Below are positions 18,858 to 27,350 of a stretch of 64,000 nucleotides of DNA, piece after piece. The DNA comes from an uncultured Nitrospiraceae bacterium. Lineage in GTDB: Bacteria > Nitrospirota > Thermodesulfovibrionia > Thermodesulfovibrionales > Dissulfurispiraceae. Each line of letters begins with the position of its first letter. Position 1 is the first letter of the stretch. The translations under genes were made by a program, and so were the position numbers. The stretch is taken from NCBI GenBank assembly GCA_963705105.1, contig CAVPIW010000005.1:416001-480000 (forward strand), written 5' to 3'. The notes below the pieces were generated by a model. The model made no database searches. It worked only from the letters and a program-made list of their open reading frames with translations, and was not told where the DNA came from.

Positions 18858-19894
18858 ACAGGAGAGCCTCTCAGGCTGCAGGCGCCGAACACGTTAATCG
18901 TGTCGATGCACATGACCGGCCGAAAGGCGGGGTGTATGCGCCGAAAACCTTGATGCGGCGACACCTTAACCGTCACACAAGACGACGGCTCGATCTGACG
19001 GTTGATGATACAAACAACAGAATCCTGAAACACGAAGCTGACGATGCTCATCGTCGCCTTCATCAAGGCTTTGAGGCGCTTCGCCCCGCCTTTTCAGGCA
19101 ACTGCAACGTTAAAATGTCTCATCATATCTGCCTTTCCGGAGAAAGAGTCGGACCCTGGGGGCTATTTATCTGCGCCCTCTTGTCGATCCTCCTCGTCAG
19201 CGACGATTCATACGCCATGCACATATCGGAGGGCCTCCTCCCCTTTTCATGGGCTATCCTGTGGTATGCCGCGGCAATCCCCTTTCTCGCCTGGGGTCTC
19301 TGGCGGCTGAAACAACTCGCCCAAAAGGACCTGTCAAGCAAGCCCCTCGTCGGGCTCATGGCCGCCGTGGTCTTCATCATCTCCTGCATGCCCGTCCCCG
19401 TGCCAACGGCCGGCACCTGTTCACACCCCTGCGGAACGGGGATGTCGGGGATCCTCCTCGGCCCCGCCGTGAGCGTCGTCGTCGCCGCTGCAGCCCTCCT
19501 CATCCAGGCCCTCTTCCTCGCCCATGGCGGCCTGAGCACCCTCGGTGCGAATGTCATCTCCATGGGCGTTGTCGGATCGGCGGCCGGGTATGCCGTGTTC
19601 CGCCTCATGAGGTTCATGAACATCCGGCTTTCCGTGGCCGCCTTTTCAGCAGGTCTCTTTGCCGACTGGGCGACGTACGTGATGACGGCATTGGAACTCA
19701 CCCTTGGGATCAGGGGTGACACGCCGCTCATCTCCCTCTTTACGAAAATCGTCATCGCCTTCGTCCCGACGCAGCTCCCCCTCGGCATCCTCGAGGGCTT
19801 CATGACGGCGGGCATGGTGGTGCTCCTGTCGAAGAAACGGCCCGACCTGCTCATCAGGACCGGGGTGTTGAAAAACGGGGAGGCTGTGGCATGA
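18854..19894 (+). CDS. cbiM: Cobalt ECF transporter S component, with a repeat-derived N-terminal extension
   Basis: Signal-like segment then MHISEG, GTCSHPCG, LAHGGL, PTQLPLGILEG; ATGA overlap with the upstream stop; true start uncertain (18854 or ~19115). Confidence 0.92.
   Translation: MNRRASQAAGAEHVNRVDAHDRPKGGVYAPKTLMRRHLNRHTRRRLDLTVDDTNNRILKHEADDAHRRLHQGFEALRPAFSGNCNVKMSHHICLSGERVGPWGLFICALLSILLVSDDSYAMHISEGLLPFSWAILWYAAAIPFLAWGLWRLKQLAQKDLSSKPLVGLMAAVVFIISCMPVPVPTAGTCSHPCGTGMSGILLGPAVSVVVAAAALLIQALFLAHGGLSTLGANVISMGVVGSAAGYAVFRLMRFMNIRLSVAAFSAGLFADWATYVMTALELTLGIRGDTPLISLFTKIVIAFVPTQLPLGILEGFMTAGMVVLLSKKRPDLLIRTGVLKNGEAVA
18905..19108 (+). mobile_element. Family A palindromic MITE-like element nested inside a family B remnant, in frame within cbiM
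   Basis: GAAAGGCGGGG...CCCCGCCTTTTC ends; strong similarity to 39503-39700; flanked by a 7-bp direct repeat ACGTTAA (18891-18897, 19107-19113). Confidence 0.85.
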
Positions 19895-20448
19895 GCGCCA
19901 AAATCGCTGCAATGAGACCGTCCAAACGGGGAGAGGGTTTGGTTTCTGAAGCAAAATTCACGGGTAATGTGAACGGCGGCGGGAGTCGAAGGCGGAAGCC
20001 GAAGCGGGAGCCGCACAGGTGGACGTGTGAGAACGATCTCTTCAATCACAGGACATGTACACGGGGAAAGGTAGTTTATTTTGCGAAGAAATCATACCCT
20101 CTTCCCGTGTCGGATTGTTTTGGACACTATTGCATGAGCAGGGAAAAAACAGCCGCTGTCGTGCTATGCTTATTTTTCTTCCTTTGCCTGTCCTCGCTCG
20201 TTGCCGCCGCGGAGAAGTGGCAGGGCGTCGACGAGGCCGTCGTCGAGAAGGTCGCGAAGGAGCACGGCCGGGAGGCCCGTGAACCCCTCATCAATACCGA
20301 CCAGGGCGACCTCCTGCTCTTCGCCTTTCTCCTGGCCGGCGCCGGCGGCGGTTTCGCCGCGGGATACTACTGGCGCAAGCTGGTCGAACAGAGGCCGGCG
20401 ACGGGAAAGGACGGAGAAGCGAAACTCAGGGCGAAAACGGGGACATAG
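19891..20448 (+). CDS. CbiN-like small cobalt transporter component (core starts at ATG 20134; 81-codon repeat-derived extension)
   Basis: KWQGVDEAVVEK...PLINTDQGDLLLFAFLLAG...GYYWR; lies between cbiM and cbiQ. Confidence 0.8.
   Translation: MSAKIAAMRPSKRGEGLVSEAKFTGNVNGGGSRRRKPKREPHRWTCENDLFNHRTCTRGKVVYFAKKSYPLPVSDCFGHYCMSREKTAAVVLCLFFFLCLSSLVAAAEKWQGVDEAVVEKVAKEHGREAREPLINTDQGDLLLFAFLLAGAGGGFAAGYYWRKLVEQRPATGKDGEAKLRAKTGT
19908..20134 (+). mobile_element. Family C MITE-like element, copy 1
   Basis: Imperfect TIRs TGCAATGAGACCGTCCAAA / TTTGGACACTATTGCA; 8-bp direct repeat GCATGAGC at 19889 and 20132; reverse-complement copy at 23675-23893. Confidence 0.85.
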
Positions 20449-20450
20449 CG

Positions 20451-21203
20451 ATGGAACATCTCTCCTTCTGCATCACGAGGAACCACCTCCTGTCCAGGGT
20501 CGACGGCCGTGTCAAGATCGTCGTTTCCCTCACCCTGCTCGCCATGGTCCTGAGCTACAGGGGCTTTCTCTTTCCCCTCGTCGTGACGGTCCTTGCCGTG
20601 GCCCTCTGCGCCGGAATGCGGGTACCCATCCGTACTTTCGCCCTCCGCTTCGCCGAACCCGTCTTCATCGCCCTCGTCATCCTTGTCCTGAAGCTCTTCT
20701 TTTCCGGCGCCGATCCCCTTTTCAACATAGACATTTCCGGCGTCTCTCTCACCGGATACCGGGACGGTCTCATGGAAGGCCTCCTCATCGTGTCGAGGAT
20801 TATCGCCGCCGTGGCCCTCATCGCCGTGCTGGGGTTCTCCACATCCTTCACCGAGTTCATGGCCGGCCTGTCATGGCTGAAGGTCCCGCAGGTATTCATC
20901 GAGGTCCTCATGTTCGCCTATCGCTACATTTTTCTGTTCATCGAAGAGGCCTCCGTCATCTATAACGCCCAGAAAAACCGGCTCGGCTACTCGTCGGTCA
21001 GGCGGGGTCTCACGTCCTTCGGCATTCTCGCGGGGTCCCTCACCCTCCGCGCCTTCGAGCACAGCCAGAACACGACGATCGCCATGGTCCAGCGCGGGTA
21101 CGACGGCAACATCCCGATCATGAAGCACAGGCCTTTCAGGGCCGCCGAGGTGCTCCTCTCCCTCGTCCTCGTCGTCACCATGGGTGTCGTATGGAAGATC
21201 TGA
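20451..21203 (+). CDS. cbiQ: Cobalt ECF transporter T component
   Basis: Multi-TM; DGRVK, FAYRYIF, AQKNRLGY, AMVQRGYDG. Confidence 0.93.
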   Translation: MEHLSFCITRNHLLSRVDGRVKIVVSLTLLAMVLSYRGFLFPLVVTVLAVALCAGMRVPIRTFALRFAEPVFIALVILVLKLFFSGADPLFNIDISGVSLTGYRDGLMEGLLIVSRIIAAVALIAVLGFSTSFTEFMAGLSWLKVPQVFIEVLMFAYRYIFLFIEEASVIYNAQKNRLGYSSVRRGLTSFGILAGSLTLRAFEHSQNTTIAMVQRGYDGNIPIMKHRPFRAAEVLLSLVLVVTMGVVWKI

Positions 21204-22033
21204 TCAGGCTGTCCGTCCATGTGGGGTCCTTCTCCTATCCTGACGGGACAAAGGTGCTCAGCGGGATCGACCTCGACGTCAGAAAGGGTGAATTCGTCGG
21301 GATTCTCGGGTCCAACGGTTCGGGCAAGACATCGCTCCTGAAGGTCATGGACGGGCTTTTCAAGGATTTCTCCGGCATGGTCCTGCTCGACGGCGCGGAC
21401 ATCAGGAAGCTCTCCCCCAAGGACATCTACCGCAAGATGGGGCTCATTTTCCAGAACCCCGATGATCAGCTCTTCGCCTCGTCGGTCTCCGAGGACGTCT
21501 CTTTCGGTCCCCTGAACATGGGATATCCGGAGAGCGAAGTCTGCCGGAGGGTGGAAGAAGCCCTTCGGGACGTGGAAATGGAGGGGTTTGCGTTGAAGTC
21601 GATCCACAGTCTCAGCTTCGGCCAGAAAAAACGGGTCTGCATCGCCGGGCTCCTCGCCATGGGCCATGAGATCCTGCTCCTGGACGAGCCGACGGCAGGC
21701 CTTGATCCCATGGGCGAATACAAGATGATGAATCTCCTCATGAAACTGAACAGGGAACGGGCTGTGACGATCGTGATGGCGACGCACAGCGTCGACCTCG
21801 TGCCCCTCTTCCTCAGCAGACTCTATATCCTCAGCAAGGGAAGGATCGTCCGGGGCGGTACCCCCGAGGAGGTCTTTACGGCGCCCGAGGAGATGTCCCG
21901 GGTGAAGCTCCGCCTGCCCCAGATCGCCGAACTGATCTACCGGCTCAAACACGAGGACGGCATCTCCTTTAGACGGATACCGCTGACGATCGGCGAGGCA
22001 CGGCGGGAGATCGCGCGGATGATAAAGACGTGA
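21191..22033 (+). CDS. cbiO: Cobalt ECF transporter ATPase
   Basis: GSNGSGKT, FQNPDDQLF, LSFGQKKR, LLDEPT. Confidence 0.93.
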   Translation: MEDLIRLSVHVGSFSYPDGTKVLSGIDLDVRKGEFVGILGSNGSGKTSLLKVMDGLFKDFSGMVLLDGADIRKLSPKDIYRKMGLIFQNPDDQLFASSVSEDVSFGPLNMGYPESEVCRRVEEALRDVEMEGFALKSIHSLSFGQKKRVCIAGLLAMGHEILLLDEPTAGLDPMGEYKMMNLLMKLNRERAVTIVMATHSVDLVPLFLSRLYILSKGRIVRGGTPEEVFTAPEEMSRVKLRLPQIAELIYRLKHEDGISFRRIPLTIGEARREIARMIKT

Positions 22034-22560
22034 CGCCCATGAAGCGGAAGGGATACATCCAGGTCTACACGGGGACGGGAAAGGGCAAGACGACGGCCGC
22101 TCTCGGCCTGGCCCTGCGGGCTGCCGGCGCAGGTCACCGGGTCTTTATCGCCCACTTCGTCAAGAAGATGCAGACGAGCGAGCACAAAGCCCTCGGCCGG
22201 TTTTCCGATCTCGTCACCTTCCGGCAATACGGCACGGGATTCCTCAGGGGAAAGGGAAAGACGGACAAGGCGGCGGAAGCGGCGCAGCAGGGGTTCGGAG
22301 AGGCAAGGGACATCATTGCATCGGGAACATATGACGTCGTCATTCTCGACGAGATAAATGTCGCCGTCCACTACGGACTCATACGCGCCGAAGACGTGCT
22401 CGAAGTCCTCGATGCGAAGCCGCCCGGCGTCGAGGTCATCCTGACGGGCAGAAACGCCGAGGAACGGATCATCGCAAGGGCAGACCTCGTGACGGAAATG
22501 AGAGAGATCAAGCACTATTATCACGAGGGAGTGAAGGCGCGACGAGGTATCGAGCACTGA
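22030..22560 (+). CDS. cobO: Cob(I)yrinic acid a,c-diamide adenosyltransferase (CobO/BtuR family)
   Basis: YTGTGKGKTTAALG, ILDEIN, LTGR, ADLVTEM, ARRGIE. Confidence 0.93.
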   Translation: MTPMKRKGYIQVYTGTGKGKTTAALGLALRAAGAGHRVFIAHFVKKMQTSEHKALGRFSDLVTFRQYGTGFLRGKGKTDKAAEAAQQGFGEARDIIASGTYDVVILDEINVAVHYGLIRAEDVLEVLDAKPPGVEVILTGRNAEERIIARADLVTEMREIKHYYHEGVKARRGIEH

Positions 22561-22561
22561 G

Positions 22562-23692
22562 ATGAGGAAGCGCCTCCGATCGGGATACACGACGGGCGCC
22601 TGTGCCGCAGCAGCGGCAAAAGCCGCCGCCGAGCTGCTGACAGGGAGCTTTGAGCACCCGGGCTCCGTCGAGATCCCCTTTCCCGACGGGAGCAGGGTCA
22701 GATTCAGGGCCCGCCAGTGCGATATAACCCGTGACGGGAATGCCGCCTGGGCGGTCATCGTCAAGGATGCCGGCGACGACCCCGATGTGACGAACGGCGC
22801 CCGGATCAGGGCCGACGTCAGGTTCCTGGAGAACAGGGAGGATGACAAGGGTGAAATGATCATCATCAGGGGCGGCGCCGGTGTCGGAACGGTCACCAAG
22901 CCGGGACTCACCGTGCCCGTCGGCGGACCTGCCATCAACCCCGTTCCACGGTTGATGATCCGCGAAGCCGTTCATGAAGCGCTGGGCCGGGACGCTTCGC
23001 CGGAGACGCGCCGGGTGGTGGAGGTAGTTATTTCCGTGGCAGACGGCGAGGAGTTGGCCCGGAAGACCCTCAACGCCCGCCTCGGCATCGTCGGTGGCAT
23101 TTCGATCCTCGGCACGACGGGCATCGTGAAGCCCCTCTCGGCAGAGGCCTGGACGGCGACCGTCATTTCGTCGATGGATGTGGCCAAGGCGACGGGAAGC
23201 AGGGAGATCGTCCTTTCGGCGGGACGGGCCTCCGAGAGGGCACACATGGAGACGTTCCACCTGCCCGTGGAGGCCTACGTGATGATGGGCGATTACCTCG
23301 AGTTCTCCCTTGTCGAAGCGAAGTACCACCGCTTCGAACAGGTCCACCTCTGCGCCCAGTGGGCGAAGATGCTCAAGATTGCCATGGCGACGCCGCAGAC
23401 ACATGTACGGCACGGCGCTCTCGACACGGACAGGGCCGTCGCCTTTTTGAATGAACAGGGGATCGACACATCGGCGGGAAAACCGTTCAACACGGCACGT
23501 GAGATCTTCGAATACCTCGGGCGGACGGGTACGGACCAGCGGCTGGCCTGGCTGAAGATCTGCTCTGCCGCGCGGAAGTACGCGCAGGGACTGACGGGCG
23601 GCATTCCCGTCCCGACACACCTGGTCTCGTACGACGGTAAGATTCTGTTGACGGTTAACGACAATGACAGGACCGAGTCCAAAATAATCTGA
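22562..23692 (+). CDS. cbiD: Cobalt-precorrin-5B C1-methyltransferase
   Basis: LRSGYTTGACA, KDAGDDPDVT, AINPVP, GGISILGTTG; stop codon supplied by the adjacent family C element. Confidence 0.96.
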   Translation: MRKRLRSGYTTGACAAAAAKAAAELLTGSFEHPGSVEIPFPDGSRVRFRARQCDITRDGNAAWAVIVKDAGDDPDVTNGARIRADVRFLENREDDKGEMIIIRGGAGVGTVTKPGLTVPVGGPAINPVPRLMIREAVHEALGRDASPETRRVVEVVISVADGEELARKTLNARLGIVGGISILGTTGIVKPLSAEAWTATVISSMDVAKATGSREIVLSAGRASERAHMETFHLPVEAYVMMGDYLEFSLVEAKYHRFEQVHLCAQWAKMLKIAMATPQTHVRHGALDTDRAVAFLNEQGIDTSAGKPFNTAREIFEYLGRTGTDQRLAWLKICSAARKYAQGLTGGIPVPTHLVSYDGKILLTVNDNDRTESKII

Positions 23693-23893
23693 CACGAGGA
23701 TAAGGCATGATTTCTTCGCAAAATAAACTACCTCATATCTTGTGCGAGACTTGTTACGAAGATACACGTTCTCGCAAATACACTGTGCGGCTCCCGCTTC
23801 GGCGTACGCCTTCGACTCCCGCCGCCGTTCACGCTACCCGTGAATTTTACATCAGAAACCAAACCTTATCCTCGTTTTCAAGGTCTCGCTGCA
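23675..23893 (-). mobile_element. Family C MITE-like element, copy 2 (inverted relative to copy 1)
   Basis: ATGATTTCTTCGCAAAATAAACTACC and CTGTGCGGCTCCCGCTTCGGC match the reverse complement of 19908-20134. Confidence 0.88.
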
Positions 23894-25479
23894 GGCATCG
23901 TACGGGAAATGCTCCTTTCACTGACACGTCATCCCTGCAACGGGATATCCGGAAAGGCGGGGCGAAGATGCCGAAAAGCCTTGGTGCTGCGAAACCTATG
24001 CCTTCCCATACGGATCATTTCAGGCTGATGGGTAATCGCACAGAGGGTGGAATCCCCAATGTCCAATTTCAAATGATCATGCTCGCTATCAGCAAGGCTT
24101 TGAGGCACTTTGTCCCGCCTTTTCACACATCTGCATGGGATGACCTCACACTGTCACTGACTTTCTTTTGTAACATGAAAAAGGTCTACGTCATCGGCAT
24201 CGGCTACAAGCCCCTGGACAGGCTGGCGAGGAATATCATCGCCGCCTCGGACATTATCCTCGCATCGAGAAGACTCCACGAAGTCTTCATGCGGTACACG
24301 GAGCACGATCATGTGCGGGAGAGGGTCGTCGTCATCAACAACGTCGACGAAACGATCAACCGCATCCGGGAAATCCTCGAGCAGCCGCATGGAGATCAGC
24401 GGCCTGTAACACTCCTCGCCTCGGGCGACCCCCTCTTCCACGGCATCGGGCGGAGGGCCCTCAGGGAGTTCGGCAGGGAGGCCGTCGAGATCGTCCCGGA
24501 ACTTTCAAGTATCCAGGTCGCCTTCGCGAGGATCAAGCTGTCCTGGGACGATGCCTTCTTTGTCAGCCTCCACGGCGGTCCCGATCCGGAAAAGAGGCGC
24601 CACCTCCCCTATGTCATCACCGACATCCCATCACTCATAGGCATGCACCGGACAATCGCCGTACTGACAGACCGGGAGAACAACCCCGCCCGCATCGCCG
24701 GCGTCATCGCCTCATCGCCCGGGACGACCCACGCCGCAGTCCGGCTCCATGTCTGCGAGAAACTGGGCTATAACGACGAGAGAATCGTCACAGGAAGGCC
24801 GGAGGAGATAGCGGCGGGAGAGTACGCTGACCCCAACGTCGTCATCATCGAACGCGAGGGGGAGCAGACTCCGGTCGTAAGAGAACCCCTTGATGCCAGT
24901 TCGGCCGGCGGGGAGACCAGGTTCGGCCTCAGGGAGGAGGAGATAGCCCATGCACGGGGACTGATCACCAAGGATGAAGTCAGGGCCGTCGCTATCCATG
25001 CCCTTCGGCTGCCTGAACAGGGCGTGCTCTGGGACATCGGCGCCGGATCGGGGTCCCTCTCCGTCGAAGCGGCCCGGCTCAGCCCGGGGCTCTCCGTCCT
25101 CAGCGTCGAGCGGTCCGACGAACAGCTCAGACATATCGGGGAGAACAGGGAGAAATTCGCCTGCCGGAATATAGAAATCAGGGCCGGAGAGGCGCCGGGT
25201 GCCCTCGATGGTCTGCCGCGGCCGGACAGGGTGTTCATCGGGGGCAGCGGCGGCAAGTTAGGTGAGATCATAGAATCCGTTTCAGCCGTAATGCTGTCCG
25301 GTATCGTCGTGATCAACGCGTCGACGATCGAGACATTCTCGGCAGCCGTGGAAGCACTGAGGGCACACCGTTTTGACGTCGGGGCCGTCCAGGTCTCCCT
25401 GGCAAGGATGAAGCCTCTCGGGAGCGGTCACTTTCTTTCGGCCCTCAATCCGGTTTTCGTGATCAGGGGGGAGCGATGA
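23707..25479 (+). CDS. cbiET: Fused precorrin-6Y C5,15-methyltransferase (CbiE/CbiT); conserved core starts at ATG 24175
   Basis: MKKVYVIGIG, LASGDPLFHGIG, ITKDEVRA, WDIGAGSGS, PDRVFIGGSGG; the upstream 156 in-frame codons are repeat-derived. Confidence 0.93.
   Translation: MISSQNKLPHILCETCYEDTRSRKYTVRLPLRRTPSTPAAVHATREFYIRNQTLSSFSRSRCRHRTGNAPFTDTSSLQRDIRKGGAKMPKSLGAAKPMPSHTDHFRLMGNRTEGGIPNVQFQMIMLAISKALRHFVPPFHTSAWDDLTLSLTFFCNMKKVYVIGIGYKPLDRLARNIIAASDIILASRRLHEVFMRYTEHDHVRERVVVINNVDETINRIREILEQPHGDQRPVTLLASGDPLFHGIGRRALREFGREAVEIVPELSSIQVAFARIKLSWDDAFFVSLHGGPDPEKRRHLPYVITDIPSLIGMHRTIAVLTDRENNPARIAGVIASSPGTTHAAVRLHVCEKLGYNDERIVTGRPEEIAAGEYADPNVVIIEREGEQTPVVREPLDASSAGGETRFGLREEEIAHARGLITKDEVRAVAIHALRLPEQGVLWDIGAGSGSLSVEAARLSPGLSVLSVERSDEQLRHIGENREKFACRNIEIRAGEAPGALDGLPRPDRVFIGGSGGKLGEIIESVSAVMLSGIVVINASTIETFSAAVEALRAHRFDVGAVQVSLARMKPLGSGHFLSALNPVFVIRGER
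23931..24141 (+). mobile_element. Family A-related palindromic element
   Basis: ATCCCTGCA..GGAAAGGCGGGGCGAAG ... AGCAAGGCTTTGAGGCACTTTGTCCCGCCTTTTC..TGCATGGGAT; ends match family A, interior differs. Confidence 0.78.
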
Positions 25480-26195
25480 AACAGGGGAAACTTTTTGTTG
25501 TCGGCGTTGGTCCCGGAGACCCGGAACTGATCACGCTCAAAGCGGTCCGGATCCTGAGGGATGTGCCTGCCCTCTGCGTCCCCAAGGGGAAGGAGGAAGG
25601 GACGAGCCTCGCCCTCTCGATCCTGAGACCTGTCGTCTCCCTCGAGGGAAAGGACGTCTTCGAGGCGCACTTTCCCATGAGAAAGACGAAGGACCCTGAC
25701 CATGAATCCGAGCTGGGCAGGAAATGGGATGCCATAACCGGTGCCGTCATGGCCCGCCTGAATGCGGGGACCGATGTGGCCTTCATCACCCTCGGTGACC
25801 CGTCCGTCTACAGCACCTTCTTCTATCTCTACGACCGGCTGCTGACGGCTGACCCGCCGCCGTCCGTCGAGATCATCCCGGGCGTCTCATCCGTGAACGC
25901 CGCAGCCTGCCGTCTGGGCCTGTCCCTGGGACTGGCAGACGAGAAGATCGCCGTCATCCCCGCGACGTACGCGAAGGACCTCAGTGCAATCCTCGGCCTC
26001 TTCGACACCGTCGTTCTCATGAAGGTCCACCGGGTCTTCGGAACGATCCTGAAGACCCTCGAAGGCCTGAACCTTGCGGGAAACGCTCACTACATCGCCA
26101 GGGTCGGCATGGACGACGAGATCGTACACCACGACGTCAGGAACATACCGGAAGAGCACCTGAACTACTTCTCGGTCCTCATTGTCCGGAAATGA
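25476..26195 (+). CDS. cbiL: Precorrin-2 / cobalt-factor II C20-methyltransferase
   Basis: GVGPGDPELITLKA, FPM, FITLGDPSVYST, VVLMK, YFS. Confidence 0.94.
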   Translation: MKQGKLFVVGVGPGDPELITLKAVRILRDVPALCVPKGKEEGTSLALSILRPVVSLEGKDVFEAHFPMRKTKDPDHESELGRKWDAITGAVMARLNAGTDVAFITLGDPSVYSTFFYLYDRLLTADPPPSVEIIPGVSSVNAAACRLGLSLGLADEKIAVIPATYAKDLSAILGLFDTVVLMKVHRVFGTILKTLEGLNLAGNAHYIARVGMDDEIVHHDVRNIPEEHLNYFSVLIVRK

Positions 26196-26560
26196 GCGGC
26201 ATGCCCTTATCGTCACATGCGTCTTCCGGAAAGGAAGGGCGGAGATGCCACCATCATGGTCATCACTTCCTGGTCGAGGGTCGACAGTCGGAACAAGGCC
26301 GGGAACGCCGGGACGGGAAGGCTGATGTGGTGAAAAGCCTTTCCGCTAAGATACCTTATTCGTCACCAGACCACACTTTTCCGTGTCGATTGACATCAAG
26401 TGCCCGTCAGGCAGCAGGCGCTGAACACCCGAGCGATGTCTCATCATCGCATTGGATAGGCTTTGAACCACATCTGCCTTCCCGGCATCAGCGTCGATAT
26501 CCGCGAAACCTTCAGATGCTTTCCGCCGTTTTTCCGGGGCTTGTTACGATGATAAGGTGA
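26192..26560 (+). other. Repeat-derived bridging ORF (122 aa) between cbiL and the HD gene
   Basis: Starts in an ATGA overlap with the cbiL stop and ends 7 nt before the next start; made of family A-like ends around a family B copy; TGAGC at both ends. Confidence 0.55.
26314..26484 (+). mobile_element. Family B palindromic MITE-like element
   Basis: CGGGAAGGCTGATGTGGTGAAAAGCCTTTCC ... GGATAGGCTTTGAACCACATCTGCCTTCCCG; closely similar copy at 61012-61181. Confidence 0.9.
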
Positions 26561-26567
26561 GCATATC

Positions 26568-27350
26568 GTGAAGCAGACTGAACTGGACAGGCTGAAGGCG
26601 TGGTTCGCCCGGTACTGCGGGAGGTTTCACACACCCCGCCGGGAAGACCAGTTGAACTACACGCTGAAAGAGGTGCACACCCGCAATGTCTGCAGGGACA
26701 TCGCCCTTATCGCCGGGGAGAGCGGGCTGTCTGAGGACCTCGTCGCCCTCGCCGAGGCGATCGGCCTGTTCCATGACGTCGGCAGGTTCCCCCAGTATGA
26801 GCAGTACGGGACCTTCAGGGACGCCGTGTCGGTCAACCACGGACTCCTCGGTTCCAAGGTGATCATTCAGGAAGGGGTTCTTGACGGGCTTCCCGAGCGG
26901 GAGCGTCGGATCATCATCACCGCCGTGAAATACCACAACTCCTTCAGCATCCCGGACCTCGGCGACAACGAGACGGTCCTCTTCCTGAGGCTGATCCGCG
27001 ATGCCGACAAACTCGACATCTGGCGGGTCTTCTGCGAGTATTTCGAAGGCAACGAGGAAGACAGGGCCTCTGCAGCGTGCCTCGGATTCCCCGATGTCCC
27101 CGGGTATGACGGGGAGGTCATCTCATGCCTGCGCGAGGGACGTGTCGCCTCCCTGGCCCATGTCCGGACCCTCACCGACTACAAGCTCATGCAGCTGTCC
27201 TGGATGTTCGACATCCAATTCGGGACGTCCTACCGCCTCCTTAACGAGAGAAACTATATCGGCCGTTACGCCGCCGTCCTCCCGACTGACGGGGAGATCG
27301 TGACTGCCGTAGGAAAGGTGAAAGAGTATGTCCAGAAGCGAGCGGGCTAA
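26568..27350 (+). CDS. HD-domain metal-dependent phosphohydrolase
   Basis: KEVHT, LFHDVGRF, NHG, YHN, RDADKLDI. Confidence 0.9.
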   Translation: MKQTELDRLKAWFARYCGRFHTPRREDQLNYTLKEVHTRNVCRDIALIAGESGLSEDLVALAEAIGLFHDVGRFPQYEQYGTFRDAVSVNHGLLGSKVIIQEGVLDGLPERERRIIITAVKYHNSFSIPDLGDNETVLFLRLIRDADKLDIWRVFCEYFEGNEEDRASAACLGFPDVPGYDGEVISCLREGRVASLAHVRTLTDYKLMQLSWMFDIQFGTSYRLLNERNYIGRYAAVLPTDGEIVTAVGKVKEYVQKRAG

